Assembly: GCA_035530095.1 (NCBI GenBank) | Contig: DATKVK010000062.1 | Location: forward strand, 671-64,670 | From: Rectinemataceae bacterium | GTDB taxonomy: Bacteria; Spirochaetota; Spirochaetia; Treponematales; Rectinemataceae | Direction of reading: 5' to 3' | Length of the DNA stretch: 64,000 nucleotides | Part shown: piece by piece, positions 57,000 to 64,000 of the stretch | How positions within the stretch are numbered: the first letter of the stretch is position 1 | Layout: the number at the start of each line of letters is the position of its first letter | Position numbers and translations under genes: made by a program | Notes under the pieces: model-generated | What the model saw: the letters and a program-made list of their open reading frames with translations, nothing else | What the model was told of the DNA's origin: nothing | Database searches by the model: none

Positions 57000-57916
57000 C
57001 AGGCCTCTCCCTGCCCGCCGCGGCCGCGCTCCGTGCCGGGGCCGCCGTGCCCGCCGTCGCCGCCGCCGTGGCCGCCACCGCCGTCGCCGGGGCCACCGGG
57101 GCCGTGCCCGCCGCTACCGGGGCCGTGACCGCCGCCACCGGGGCCGCGCCCGCCGGGGCCGTGCCCGCCGCTACCGGGGCCGTGACCGCCGCCGCCGTGC
57201 CCGCGGCCGCCACCGCCGCCGTGACCAGGCCCGCCGCCGCCATGGCCGTGCCCGTCGCGGCAGCCATGGCCGGGAGGGTCGAAGGCAGCCTCGCCGTCGA
57301 CGAGCGTGCCGCCCAGGAGGGCCTCGGCGGCCTCGCGGACGGGGCCGAGCGCGCCGCGGAAGACGGCTATGCCGTGGGAGCCCAGCACGCGGAGGGCTCC
57401 CTCGCCTATGCGCCCGGCGATGAGATGGGTCACGCCCTCGGCCGCGAGGGCCGGGATGAGGCCCGAATTGCAGCCGCCTTGGCGATCCAGGTCGAGCCGC
57501 CGCTCCGAAGTTATAGTTTTATTGTTTTCCGTGGAGAAGAGCGAGAAGCTCGAGCAGAAGCCGAAGTGATCGGCGACGGTCCCGTCCTCCGAACGCGGCA
57601 CGGCGATCAGGCGGGGCCGCTCCGGGCCGCCGCCGATGGCGACCGGGCCGCCCTCGATGCGCAGCGACTTGCCGTTGAGGAGGGCGTCGGCGGTCTTCTT
57701 CCGGGCCGCCTCGACGATCCGTCCGAAGGTCTGCCGCGAGACGCCCATCCTCTGGGCCGCCGCCTGCTGGTAGAGCCCCTCGAGGTCGGCCAGGCGGAGC
57801 GCCTCGGCCTCGTCGAAACTGAGGATGACCTCGTCGCCGGTCCCGGCTTCCGAGGGCTTGAAGCCGCGCGCCGCTATGGCCGAGCCGAGTCTCCGTTCGA
57901 CCGGGGGTCTGGGCAT
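56999..57916 (-). CDS. DUF134 (putative DNA-binding) fused to a NifX/NifB-type cofactor-binding domain, with an 89-aa His/Gly-rich C-terminal tail
   Basis: DUF134 core (FDEAEALRLADLEGLYQQAAAQRMGVSRQTFGRIVEAARKK...LRIEGG), then a PF02579-like domain (HFGFCSSFSLF...GVTHLIAGRIGEGALRVL), then HGGGGPGHGGGG-type repeats. Confidence 0.75.
   Translation of the reverse strand: MPRPPVERRLGSAIAARGFKPSEAGTGDEVILSFDEAEALRLADLEGLYQQAAAQRMGVSRQTFGRIVEAARKKTADALLNGKSLRIEGGPVAIGGGPERPRLIAVPRSEDGTVADHFGFCSSFSLFSTENNKTITSERRLDLDRQGGCNSGLIPALAAEGVTHLIAGRIGEGALRVLGSHGIAVFRGALGPVREAAEALLGGTLVDGEAAFDPPGHGCRDGHGHGGGGPGHGGGGGRGHGGGGHGPGSGGHGPGGRGPGGGGHGPGSGGHGPGGPGDGGGGHGGGDGGHGGPGTERGRGGQGEA
57002..57268. repeat. 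Low-complexity His/Gly/Pro-coding region containing an exact 39-bp repeat at 57-bp period
   Basis: 57098-57136 and 57155-57193 are identical (GGGGCCGTGCCCGCCGCTACCGGGGCCGTGACCGCCGCC). Confidence 0.9.
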
Positions 57917-57930
57917 CTAGGCGTCTTCGA

Positions 57931-58296
57931 TCAATGGGAGCACTCGTGATCGTGGCCGTGCTCGGCGCAGCCGATCCCCGAGTCCGCGAGGCTGCCCTTC
58001 GCGAAAGACTCGGCGGCGGCGCGGACCGGCCCGGCGGCGCCGCGGACGACCGCGATGCCGCGGGAGCCGAGGACGCGGACCGCGCCCTCGCCCATGTTGC
58101 CGGCCACCAGGTGGGTCACGCCGGCGCGCGCGAGGTCGGCGGCTATGCCCGATTTGCAGCCGCAGCCTTCGGGCGAGGCCATGGCCGGCTCTTCGACGAG
58201 CGAGCCGTCCTCGGCCACCTTGTACACGAGAAATTCCTTGCAGTGGCCGAAATGCTCGTCGACGAGCCCGCCCCGGGAAGGTACCGCTATTTTCAT
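57931..58296 (-). CDS. NifX/NifB-type (dinitrogenase iron-molybdenum cofactor family, PF02579-like) protein with a Cys/His-rich C-terminus
   Basis: MKIAVPS...HFGHCKEF...GVTHLVAGNMGEGAVRVL, ending CAEHGHDHECSH. AGGTGGA SD before the ATG at 58296. Confidence 0.8.
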   Translation of the reverse strand: MKIAVPSRGGLVDEHFGHCKEFLVYKVAEDGSLVEEPAMASPEGCGCKSGIAADLARAGVTHLVAGNMGEGAVRVLGSRGIAVVRGAAGPVRAAAESFAKGSLADSGIGCAEHGHDHECSH

Positions 58297-58310
58297 GCTT
58301 CCACCTCTCA

Positions 58311-59111
58311 TCACTGCTTGGCCGCGACTTCGGCGCGGTTCTTCGCGAAGGTCTCTATGGCGAGGGCGATGCCGTCCGCGTCGGCGCGCATGGCCTCGGG
58401 CAGGTCTTTCCAGCGCAGCGAGCGGGCGCGCACCACCTCGGGGCGCCAGGCCAGGCTCGCCAGCAGGGGAATGCCGAGCCGATCGGCGCCGGACGAGCCG
58501 CCGTCGTCGAAGAGGGGGATCTCCTTTCCGCAGGAGGGGCAGATCATGGTCCGCATGTTCTCGACGAGCCCGATCACCTTGGCGTTCAGCATCTCGGCCA
58601 TCTTGACCGACTTGCGGACGATCATGGACACGTAGTCCTGGGGCGTCGCCACCACCACGATGCCGTCAAAGGGCAGGATCTGGAAGGCGGTCAGGACGAC
58701 GTCCGAGGTGCCGGGTGGGAAGTCGACGATGAGATAGTCGAGGTCGCCCCAGTCGGTGTCGGTCCAGAACTGCTCCAGAGCCTTGGCCAGGAGGGGGCCG
58801 CGCCAGATCACCGGGTCGTCCTCATTTTCGTTGAGGAGGTTGATGGACAGGAGCTTGATGCCCTCCTCGTTTTCGAGGGGGATGAGCTTTCCGCCCTCGG
58901 CGCCGGCCCTGAACGAGTCGAGGCCCATGAGGCGGGGGAGGGAGGGACCGGTGATGTCCGCGTCCATGGCTCCGACCTTGGCGCCCCGCGCCGCGAGAGC
59001 CTGGGCGATGAGCACCGCGACGGTCGACTTGCCGACCCCGCCCTTGCCGCTCGCCACGCCGATAAGTCTTTTCACTCGGGGATTCAGTATCTTCTGTGGT
59101 ACGAGATCCAC
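58311..59111 (-). CDS. Mrp/NBP35/ApbC-type P-loop ATPase (Fe-S cluster carrier family)
   Basis: Deviant Walker A GKGGVGKST and a CPSCG-containing CxxC motif. GTG start with an AAGGAGAA SD. Confidence 0.9.
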   Translation of the reverse strand: MDLVPQKILNPRVKRLIGVASGKGGVGKSTVAVLIAQALAARGAKVGAMDADITGPSLPRLMGLDSFRAGAEGGKLIPLENEEGIKLLSINLLNENEDDPVIWRGPLLAKALEQFWTDTDWGDLDYLIVDFPPGTSDVVLTAFQILPFDGIVVVATPQDYVSMIVRKSVKMAEMLNAKVIGLVENMRTMICPSCGKEIPLFDDGGSSGADRLGIPLLASLAWRPEVVRARSLRWKDLPEAMRADADGIALAIETFAKNRAEVAAKQ

Positions 59112-59248
59112 GCCGTTCTCCTTGTGGTGATGTTGAGTGCCAATTATAATTCAGGCATAAGCTCACAATACGCAAAGCTCACTCCACTGTCAAGCGGAGC
59201 GTTCATATGAGGAGTCTCGCTCTATCGGAAATGGACGGCCGCTTCCAT

Positions 59249-60223
59249 TCAGGATGCCGCGACGGGTTCGGCGACCGACTCGGCGACCGCCTCCGGGCGG
59301 GCGGCCTTCAGCTCGTCGATGTACTGGGCCGCCGAGTGGGCGGCTATGGCCCCGTCGGCCGCGGCGACGACGACCTGCCTGAAGGGCGAGGCGCGCAGGT
59401 CGCCGGCCACGAAGAGGCCCGGCACGGAGCTCTCCATGCGCTGGTCGGCGAGGAGGTAGCCCGTCTCGTCGCGGTTGGCCTGGGGAAAGAGCTCGTGGCG
59501 CGGGTCGGAGCCTATGAACACGAAGACGGCGTCGAAGGCCTCGGTCGTCCGCTCGCCCGTGGCGGTGTTTTCGAGGATGACCTCGCGGACCTTGCTGTCG
59601 CCTCCGATGCTCTTGACCACGGTCGAGAAGCGGACCTCGATGTGGGGATCGGAGAGGACGCGGGCGGCCACCGCCTTCTGGGCCCGGAAGGCCGGCCCGC
59701 GGTGCACCATGACGATGTGTTCGCTGAGCTTCGCGAGGAAGCCCGCCTCGTCGCAGGCCGCGTCGCCGCCGCCCACCACGAGCATGCGCTTGCCCTTGAA
59801 GAAGGGGCCGTCGCAGGTGGCGCAGTACGAGACGCCGCGGCCGGAGAATTCGGCCTCGCCGGGCACGCCGAGCCGCCGGTGCTCGGCGCCGGTGGCGGCG
59901 ACGACCGCGGCCGCGCTGATGCCGCCCGCGTCCGTGCGCAGCTCGAAGCGATCGGCGTGCCGCTCGACGGCCTCGACCTGGGCGGTCCGGATCTCCGCGC
60001 CGAAGAGCTCGGCCTGGCCGCGCATGGCCTCGGCGAAATCGTAGCCCGAGCGCGGCTCGAGGTAGCCGGGATAGTTTTCCAGGTGGTCTATGAGCAGGGC
60101 TTGGCCGCCGGGAGCGGTCTGCTCCAGGAGCAGGGTCCTGAGATTGGCGCGCGCCCCGTACTGGGCGGCCGACATGCCCGCGGCGCCACCGCCGACGACG
60201 ACGAGATCGTAGTCCCACTTCAT
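59249..60223 (-). CDS. trxB: Thioredoxin-disulfide reductase
   Basis: FAD motif VVVGGGAAGMSAA, redox-active CATCDG, NADPH motif VVGGGDAA. Start at MKWDYDL. Confidence 0.92.
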   Translation of the reverse strand: MKWDYDLVVVGGGAAGMSAAQYGARANLRTLLLEQTAPGGQALLIDHLENYPGYLEPRSGYDFAEAMRGQAELFGAEIRTAQVEAVERHADRFELRTDAGGISAAAVVAATGAEHRRLGVPGEAEFSGRGVSYCATCDGPFFKGKRMLVVGGGDAACDEAGFLAKLSEHIVMVHRGPAFRAQKAVAARVLSDPHIEVRFSTVVKSIGGDSKVREVILENTATGERTTEAFDAVFVFIGSDPRHELFPQANRDETGYLLADQRMESSVPGLFVAGDLRASPFRQVVVAAADGAIAAHSAAQYIDELKAARPEAVAESVAEPVAAS

Positions 60224-60333
60224 GTGCTTTCTCCTACGTGCTGCAATTGTACGCAGAAAATACCGGGAAGCCTTCGTTCCCGTCTGTGACCTTTGTACCA
60301 TGCCGGGCCGGAGGGAGTCGGCTTCCTCGAAAA

Positions 60334-60373
60334 TTGCAATTTAGTTGCAAATATCGCCCGCCCGTGGTATAAG
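60334..60373 (+). promoter_or_regulatory. Candidate promoter/operator: TTGCAA-TTTAG-TTGCAA, with the second hexamer 17 nt upstream of TATAAG
   Basis: Read directly in the trxB/fur divergent region. A related TGCAATTG lies at 60242-60249. The -10-like hexamer ends 5 nt before the ATG at 60379. Confidence 0.35.
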
Positions 60374-60378
60374 GCGGC

Positions 60379-60858
60379 ATGGCTGACGATTCGGCGTCGT
60401 GCGACCTGCTCGAAGGGGCGGGACTGCGTCCCACCGAGGTCCGCCGGCGCGTCCTCTCGGCCCTGCTGTCGGCGGGGCGTCCGCTCTCGCACCGCGAGCT
60501 GGTGGAACTCCTGCCGGGGCTCGACCGGGTCAGCATTTTCCGTTCGCTCAAGCTGCTCAAGGAGGCCGCCCTGCTGCACGGGGTGCAGGGGGTGGACGGC
60601 ACGCTGCGCTTCGTCGTCAACCCGGCGGAGCGGAAGGGCTGCCCCGGCGGGCATGCGCATTTTCTCTGCCTGGAGTGCGGGGCGATGACCTGCCTTCTGG
60701 ATCAGGAGCTCCCGCGGGTCCGCGTGCCCGAGGGGGCCGAGGTGCGCGGCAAGCAGCTGCTGGTCTACGGCCTATGCCCCGCCTGCGCCGCCGGCAAGCG
60801 CGCCCGGGAAGCCCCTGCGCGGACGGGCCGGCCGCGCCGTCCGAAGACTCCGGGCTGA
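60379..60858 (+). CDS. Fur-family metalloregulator (Fur/Zur/PerR type)
   Basis: wHTH (RPTEVRRRVLSALLSAGRPLSHRELVELL), HAHFLCLEC and CPAC (two CxxC pairs for structural Zn). Basic C-terminal tail. Confidence 0.85.
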   Translation: MADDSASCDLLEGAGLRPTEVRRRVLSALLSAGRPLSHRELVELLPGLDRVSIFRSLKLLKEAALLHGVQGVDGTLRFVVNPAERKGCPGGHAHFLCLECGAMTCLLDQELPRVRVPEGAEVRGKQLLVYGLCPACAAGKRAREAPARTGRPRRPKTPG

Positions 60859-60910
60859 GCCGCCCCTTTCCTCTTTTTGTCCTCTATAGGTCCATTCAGG
60901 GAGGTTTCAG

Positions 60911-61672
60911 GTGAAGAAGACCGTGTTGCTGATCATCGGACTCGCCGCGGCTCTTTCGGTCGCGGTCGCCCAGGAGAAGGTGAGGGTGGCCGCCGCCGCG
61001 AACGTCAGCTCGGTCGCGGCCAAGCTGAGCTCGGCCTTCGAGCGCAGCTATCCGCAGTACCGCCTCCAGTTCATCTTCGGCGCCTCGGGCGCCCTCGTCA
61101 CGCAGATCCTCAACGGAGCGCCCTACCAGGTCTTCCTCTCCGCCGACAGCGAGTTCCCCCGGAAGTTAGTCGACGCCGGCTACACCGACGGGCCGGCGAA
61201 GGTCTACGCCGTCGGCACCCTCATCTTCCTGACGACGCGGAAACTCGATCTCTCCAAGGGAATGGCCGTCCTGGCCGATCCCTCCGTCACCCGCTTCGCC
61301 ATCTGCAACCCCGAGACCGCCCCCTACGGCCGCGCCGCCCGACAGGCCCTCGAGAAGTCCGGGCTCTACGAGTCCGTGAAACCCAAGCTCGTGACCGCGC
61401 AATCGGTCACCGAGGCCCTGCAGTACACGCTCACGGGCGTCGACGCGGGCTTCGTCAACAAGTCGGCCCTGTATTCCGAGGACGTGAAGCCCTACGACCA
61501 GGAGGGCCGGTACTGGTTCGCCGTCGATCCCTCGCTCTACGCCCCCATAAACCAGGCCTACGTCGTCGTGAAAGGCGCGTCCTCCTCGCCCGGCGTCCGG
61601 GCCTTCGTCGCCTTCCTCTCCTCGCCCGAGTCGAAGGCGATCTTCGCCTCCTACGGCTACGGGACCCCGTGA
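60911..61672 (+). CDS. modA: Molybdate/tungstate ABC transporter substrate-binding protein
   Basis: GTG start after GGGAGG, a signal peptide, and the ModA signature FGASGALVTQILNGAPYQVFLSAD. Confidence 0.85.
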   Translation: MKKTVLLIIGLAAALSVAVAQEKVRVAAAANVSSVAAKLSSAFERSYPQYRLQFIFGASGALVTQILNGAPYQVFLSADSEFPRKLVDAGYTDGPAKVYAVGTLIFLTTRKLDLSKGMAVLADPSVTRFAICNPETAPYGRAARQALEKSGLYESVKPKLVTAQSVTEALQYTLTGVDAGFVNKSALYSEDVKPYDQEGRYWFAVDPSLYAPINQAYVVVKGASSSPGVRAFVAFLSSPESKAIFASYGYGTP

Positions 61673-62337
61673 GCCTCGACCTCGAACCCTTCCTGGTCTC
61701 GCTCCGCCTCGGGCTCTGGGTGACGGGCCTGCTGCTCGTGATCTGCTTCCCCCTCGCCTGGATCTTCGCCCGCTCGAGGGGACGCTGGGTCGTCTGGGTC
61801 GAATCGACCGCCGCGCTGCCCCTGGTGCTCTCGCCCACCGTGCTCGGCTTCTACCTCCTCATACTGCTCTCGCCCCGCGGGGCGATCGGGCGGCTGTTCA
61901 TGGATGTCTTCCACCTGCGCCTCGCCTTCACCTTCGCCGGCATCGTGATCGGCGGCTGCGTCGCCTCGCTGCCCTTCATGCTGACGGCGCTCAAGACCGG
62001 CATCCAGGGCGTGCCGACCCAGCTGCTGGACGCCTCGTACACCCTCGGCAAGGGCAAGGCCGAGACCATCTTCCGCGTCGTCGTGCCCAACATGAAATCG
62101 GGCATCGCGGCCGGCCTCGTCAACACCTTCGCGCACACGATAGGCGGCTTCGGCGTGATGCTGATGGTCGGCGGCAGCCTGCCGGGCGTGACGAAGGTCG
62201 TGTCGATCGCGGTCTACGAGCGAGTCGAGAGCCTCGACTTCGCGAGCGCCCACGTCTACTCCGCGATACTCGTGGCCCTCAGCTACGTCGGCGTGCTGCT
62301 CCTGAACCGCCTGCAGCGGCGCGAGGCGAGGAGGTAG
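61669..62337 (+). CDS. modB: Molybdate ABC transporter permease
   Basis: GTGA overlap with modA. Five TM segments and the EAA-like loop (LDASYTLGKGKAETIFRVVVP). Confidence 0.88.
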   Translation: MSLDLEPFLVSLRLGLWVTGLLLVICFPLAWIFARSRGRWVVWVESTAALPLVLSPTVLGFYLLILLSPRGAIGRLFMDVFHLRLAFTFAGIVIGGCVASLPFMLTALKTGIQGVPTQLLDASYTLGKGKAETIFRVVVPNMKSGIAAGLVNTFAHTIGGFGVMLMVGGSLPGVTKVVSIAVYERVESLDFASAHVYSAILVALSYVGVLLLNRLQRREARR

Positions 62338-62339
62338 GC

Positions 62340-63038
62340 ATGCTGTACTTCGACATCAAGAAGCGGCTCCGGGCCGGAGCGAACGCCTTCCGCCTCGACG
62401 CCGCCTTCTGCCTGGAGGAGGGGAGCTTCCTCGGCATCCGGGGCGCCTCCGGCTCGGGCAAGACCACCCTCCTGCGCTGCCTGGCCGGGCTCTGCCGCCC
62501 CGACTCGGGCGGGATCCGCCTGGGCGAGGAGCTCTGGTACGGCACGCGGCCTCCGGTCTTCCTGCCGCCGCAGCGACGCTCGGTCGGCCTCGTGTTCCAG
62601 GACTACGCCCTCTTCCCGAACATGACCGTCTACGGCAACGTGTTCTACGCCACGGGCGACCGGAAGCGGACCCTGGAGCTCCTCGAGCTCGCGCGGCTGA
62701 CCAAGCTCGAGCGCCACTTCCCGCACGAGCTCTCGGGAGGGCAGAAACAGCGCACCGCCCTCGCGCGGGCCCTGGGCCGCAGGCCGCGGCTGCTTCTGCT
62801 CGACGAGCCGCTTTCGGCCCTCGACGAGAGTCTGCGCTACTCGCTCGGCGACGAGCTCATCCGGATCCAGCGCGAGACGGGCGTCACCGCCATCCTCGTC
62901 AGCCACTCGCGCGAGGAGATCTCGCGGCTGTGCACCGAGGTGCTCGAGCTGGCCGATGGGCGCATCCTGGGGGCCGGGGCGGAGGACCGCTTCGAGGAGC
63001 GCTTTCCGAGCGGCGCGGTCGAGCTGGGCCCGGCTTAG
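62340..63038 (+). CDS. modC: ABC transporter ATP-binding protein, ModC-like but lacking the C-terminal TOBE domain
   Basis: Walker A GASGSGKTT, signature LSGGQKQR, Walker B LLLDEPLSALD. Only 232 aa. Confidence 0.82.
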   Translation: MLYFDIKKRLRAGANAFRLDAAFCLEEGSFLGIRGASGSGKTTLLRCLAGLCRPDSGGIRLGEELWYGTRPPVFLPPQRRSVGLVFQDYALFPNMTVYGNVFYATGDRKRTLELLELARLTKLERHFPHELSGGQKQRTALARALGRRPRLLLLDEPLSALDESLRYSLGDELIRIQRETGVTAILVSHSREEISRLCTEVLELADGRILGAGAEDRFEERFPSGAVELGPA

Positions 63039-63119
63039 GCCCCGGCCTAGGCCCCGGCGGTTGACCTCGTCGTGCCTTCATACTATGTTCGATCTCATTC
63101 TGCCATACTAGGAGGGAGT

Positions 63120-63500
63120 ATGAAGACTCTCAAGATTTTCCTCGTGTTCGGTGTCGCGGCCCTGGCGCTGGCTTCGTGCATGACGTTCAAGGCCTCGGGG
63201 CTCTCGGTGACCACCGCCGATTCCAAGTACCAGGTCATGGGCAGCTTCACCACCACCGTCTGGGTCAATGAGTTCCTCGGCTCGCCCGGCGGCGCCAAGA
63301 TCCTCAACCTCTCCGCCGACGCCACCGATCCCCTCGTCGCGGCCGCCATCGACAAGGAGATCAAGGCCAAGGGCGGCACCGCGGCCGTCGACGTCACGAT
63401 CGTCCACAAGGCCTCGTTCCTCAACCTTCTCCTGGCGGCAGTCACGGGGGGCATCTACGCGCCGAGCGTCGTCGAGATCAGCGGCACGGTGGTCAAGTAG
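63120..63500 (+). CDS. Small lipoprotein, Bor/Iss-like
   Basis: GGAGGGAG SD and lipobox LALASC. The C-terminal LLAAVTGGIYAPSVVEISGTVV resembles the Bor-family C-terminus (GLLGFITLGIYTPLEARVYC) as I recall it. Confidence 0.55.
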   Translation: MKTLKIFLVFGVAALALASCMTFKASGLSVTTADSKYQVMGSFTTTVWVNEFLGSPGGAKILNLSADATDPLVAAAIDKEIKAKGGTAAVDVTIVHKASFLNLLLAAVTGGIYAPSVVEISGTVVK

Positions 63501-63521
63501 CCTTCATGCCCCGTCGTTCCT

Positions 63522-63599
63522 CCGCGGCTCCGCGGCTTCGCGTGAACCGAGATCAAGAATATTTCACGCGAAGTCGCGGAGAGCGCGAAGGAAATATTC
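63522..63599. repeat. Palindromic element with two mutually exclusive hairpins
   Basis: Hairpin A: CTTCGCGTGAA (63536-63546) / TTCACGCGAAG (63563-63573). Hairpin B: GAATATTTC (63557-63565) / GAAATATTC (63591-63599). CCGCGG-CT-CCGCGG lies at 63522-63535. Confidence 0.7.
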
Positions 63600-63753
63600 C
63601 GATATAAAAATCCATACAGCGTTCCCTGCTTTTTCTCCGTCCCACTTCATTTCCTCTTTGCGGACTTCGCGTTTTATTTTCTATTTTTCAATCGCTCCGC
63701 CGCAGCGCGCGCGTTCAACCTCTGCGCGGCAAGAATCGCGCGAGGAGGACGTC

Positions 63754-64000
63754 GTGAACTCTCTGAACAGCATTCTTATCGAGGGGAATCTGGTCCGCGA
63801 TCCCGAGAGCAAGACGCTTGCGACGGGAACCAAGGTCTGCGACTTCACCGTGGCCTCGGACCGGTTCTACAAGCAGAACGAGGAGCTGGAGAAGGAAGTC
63901 TCCTACTTCGACGTGGAAGCCTGGGCGCGGCTCGGCCAGGCCTGCTCGGAGAATCTCAAGAAGGGGCGGGGCGTGCGCGTGGTCGGAAGGCTCAAGCAGG
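63754..64000 (+). CDS. ssb: Single-stranded DNA-binding protein (5' part; runs off the window)
   Basis: GAGGAGG SD then GTG. The translation VNSLNSILIEGNLVRDPESK...VSYFDVEAWARLGQ...KKGRGVRVVGRLKQ is a typical OB-fold SSB N-terminus. Confidence 0.85.
   Translation, partial: MNSLNSILIEGNLVRDPESKTLATGTKVCDFTVASDRFYKQNEELEKEVSYFDVEAWARLGQACSENLKKGRGVRVVGRLKQ

Noticed and set aside
56308-57949. ORFs 56308..57267(-) and 57047..57949(+), encoding Ala/Pro/Gly/Thr-rich proteins.
   Set aside because: They are alternative-frame or opposite-strand readings of the GC-rich His/Gly repeat and of the DUF134-NifX gene. The annotated frame carries clear domain motifs.
59131-59150. TGGCAC on the minus strand upstream of the mrp gene as a sigma-54 promoter.
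   Set aside because: The downstream sequence is TCAACATCA and lacks the -12 TTGC. A TATAAT box nearby fits a sigma-70 promoter better.
60859-60910. Moco riboswitch upstream of modA.
   Set aside because: Only 52 nt separate the Fur-family gene from modA. This is far too short for the ~130-nt Moco RNA motif, and no matching conserved helices were seen.

Overview
GC-rich (about 65-70% by eye), gene-dense bacterial chromosomal segment. I saw no rRNA, tRNA, CRISPR array, transposase, integrase or phage genes. The TolC-type outer-membrane factor and the DUF134/NifX-like/Mrp genes suggest an anaerobic diderm. Taxon cannot be fixed from the sequence alone.

Layout:
- 1-2.8 kb: decayed region. It holds a histidine-kinase remnant, a 5'-truncated and frameshifted sensor kinase abutting an outer-membrane beta-barrel 3' fragment, and a frameshifted secreted protein.
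- 2.9-10.9 kb: MacA/MacB/TolC-like efflux operon ending in its own histidine kinase and NtrC-type activator, preceded by a consensus sigma-54 promoter.
- 11.1-20.5 kb: sugar sensor made of two binding proteins, a LytS/YesM-type kinase and a YesN-type regulator, followed by a ChvE-type monosaccharide ABC transporter.
- 20.8-27.9 kb: DipZ-like thiol-disulfide protein, secreted GH5 hydrolase, D-lyxose/D-mannose isomerase, PfkB kinase and mannitol-dehydrogenase-family enzyme.
- 28.0-37.5 kb: ROK repressor plus a polyol/rare-sugar island. It contains a markedly lower-GC ABC transporter cassette.
- 37.6-42.2 kb (minus strand): tight five-gene sugar-phosphate operon (ROK kinase, GmhA-like SIS isomerase, HAD phosphatase, HldE-like PfkB kinase, deoxyhypusine-synthase-like protein).
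- 42.3-47.4 kb: URO-D-family protein, AraC regulator, xylA, xylB.
- 47.6-50.0 kb: ECF sigma module.
- 50.0-56.1 kb (minus strand): GntR-headed flavoenzyme cluster.
- 56.3-63.0 kb: redox/metal locus. trxB, mrp, a NifX-like gene, a DUF134-NifX fusion with a His/Gly tail and a CMD-family gene lie divergent from a Fur-family regulator and modABC.
- 63.1-64.0 kb: Bor-like lipoprotein and the 5' part of ssb.

Nothing here can be proven to be a new system from sequence alone. The best candidates for follow-up are the five-gene operon with the DHS-like protein, the Fur/Mod/NifX-like metal-cofactor locus, and the sigma-54-controlled efflux pump. All similarity calls are by eye or from memory; no searches were run.
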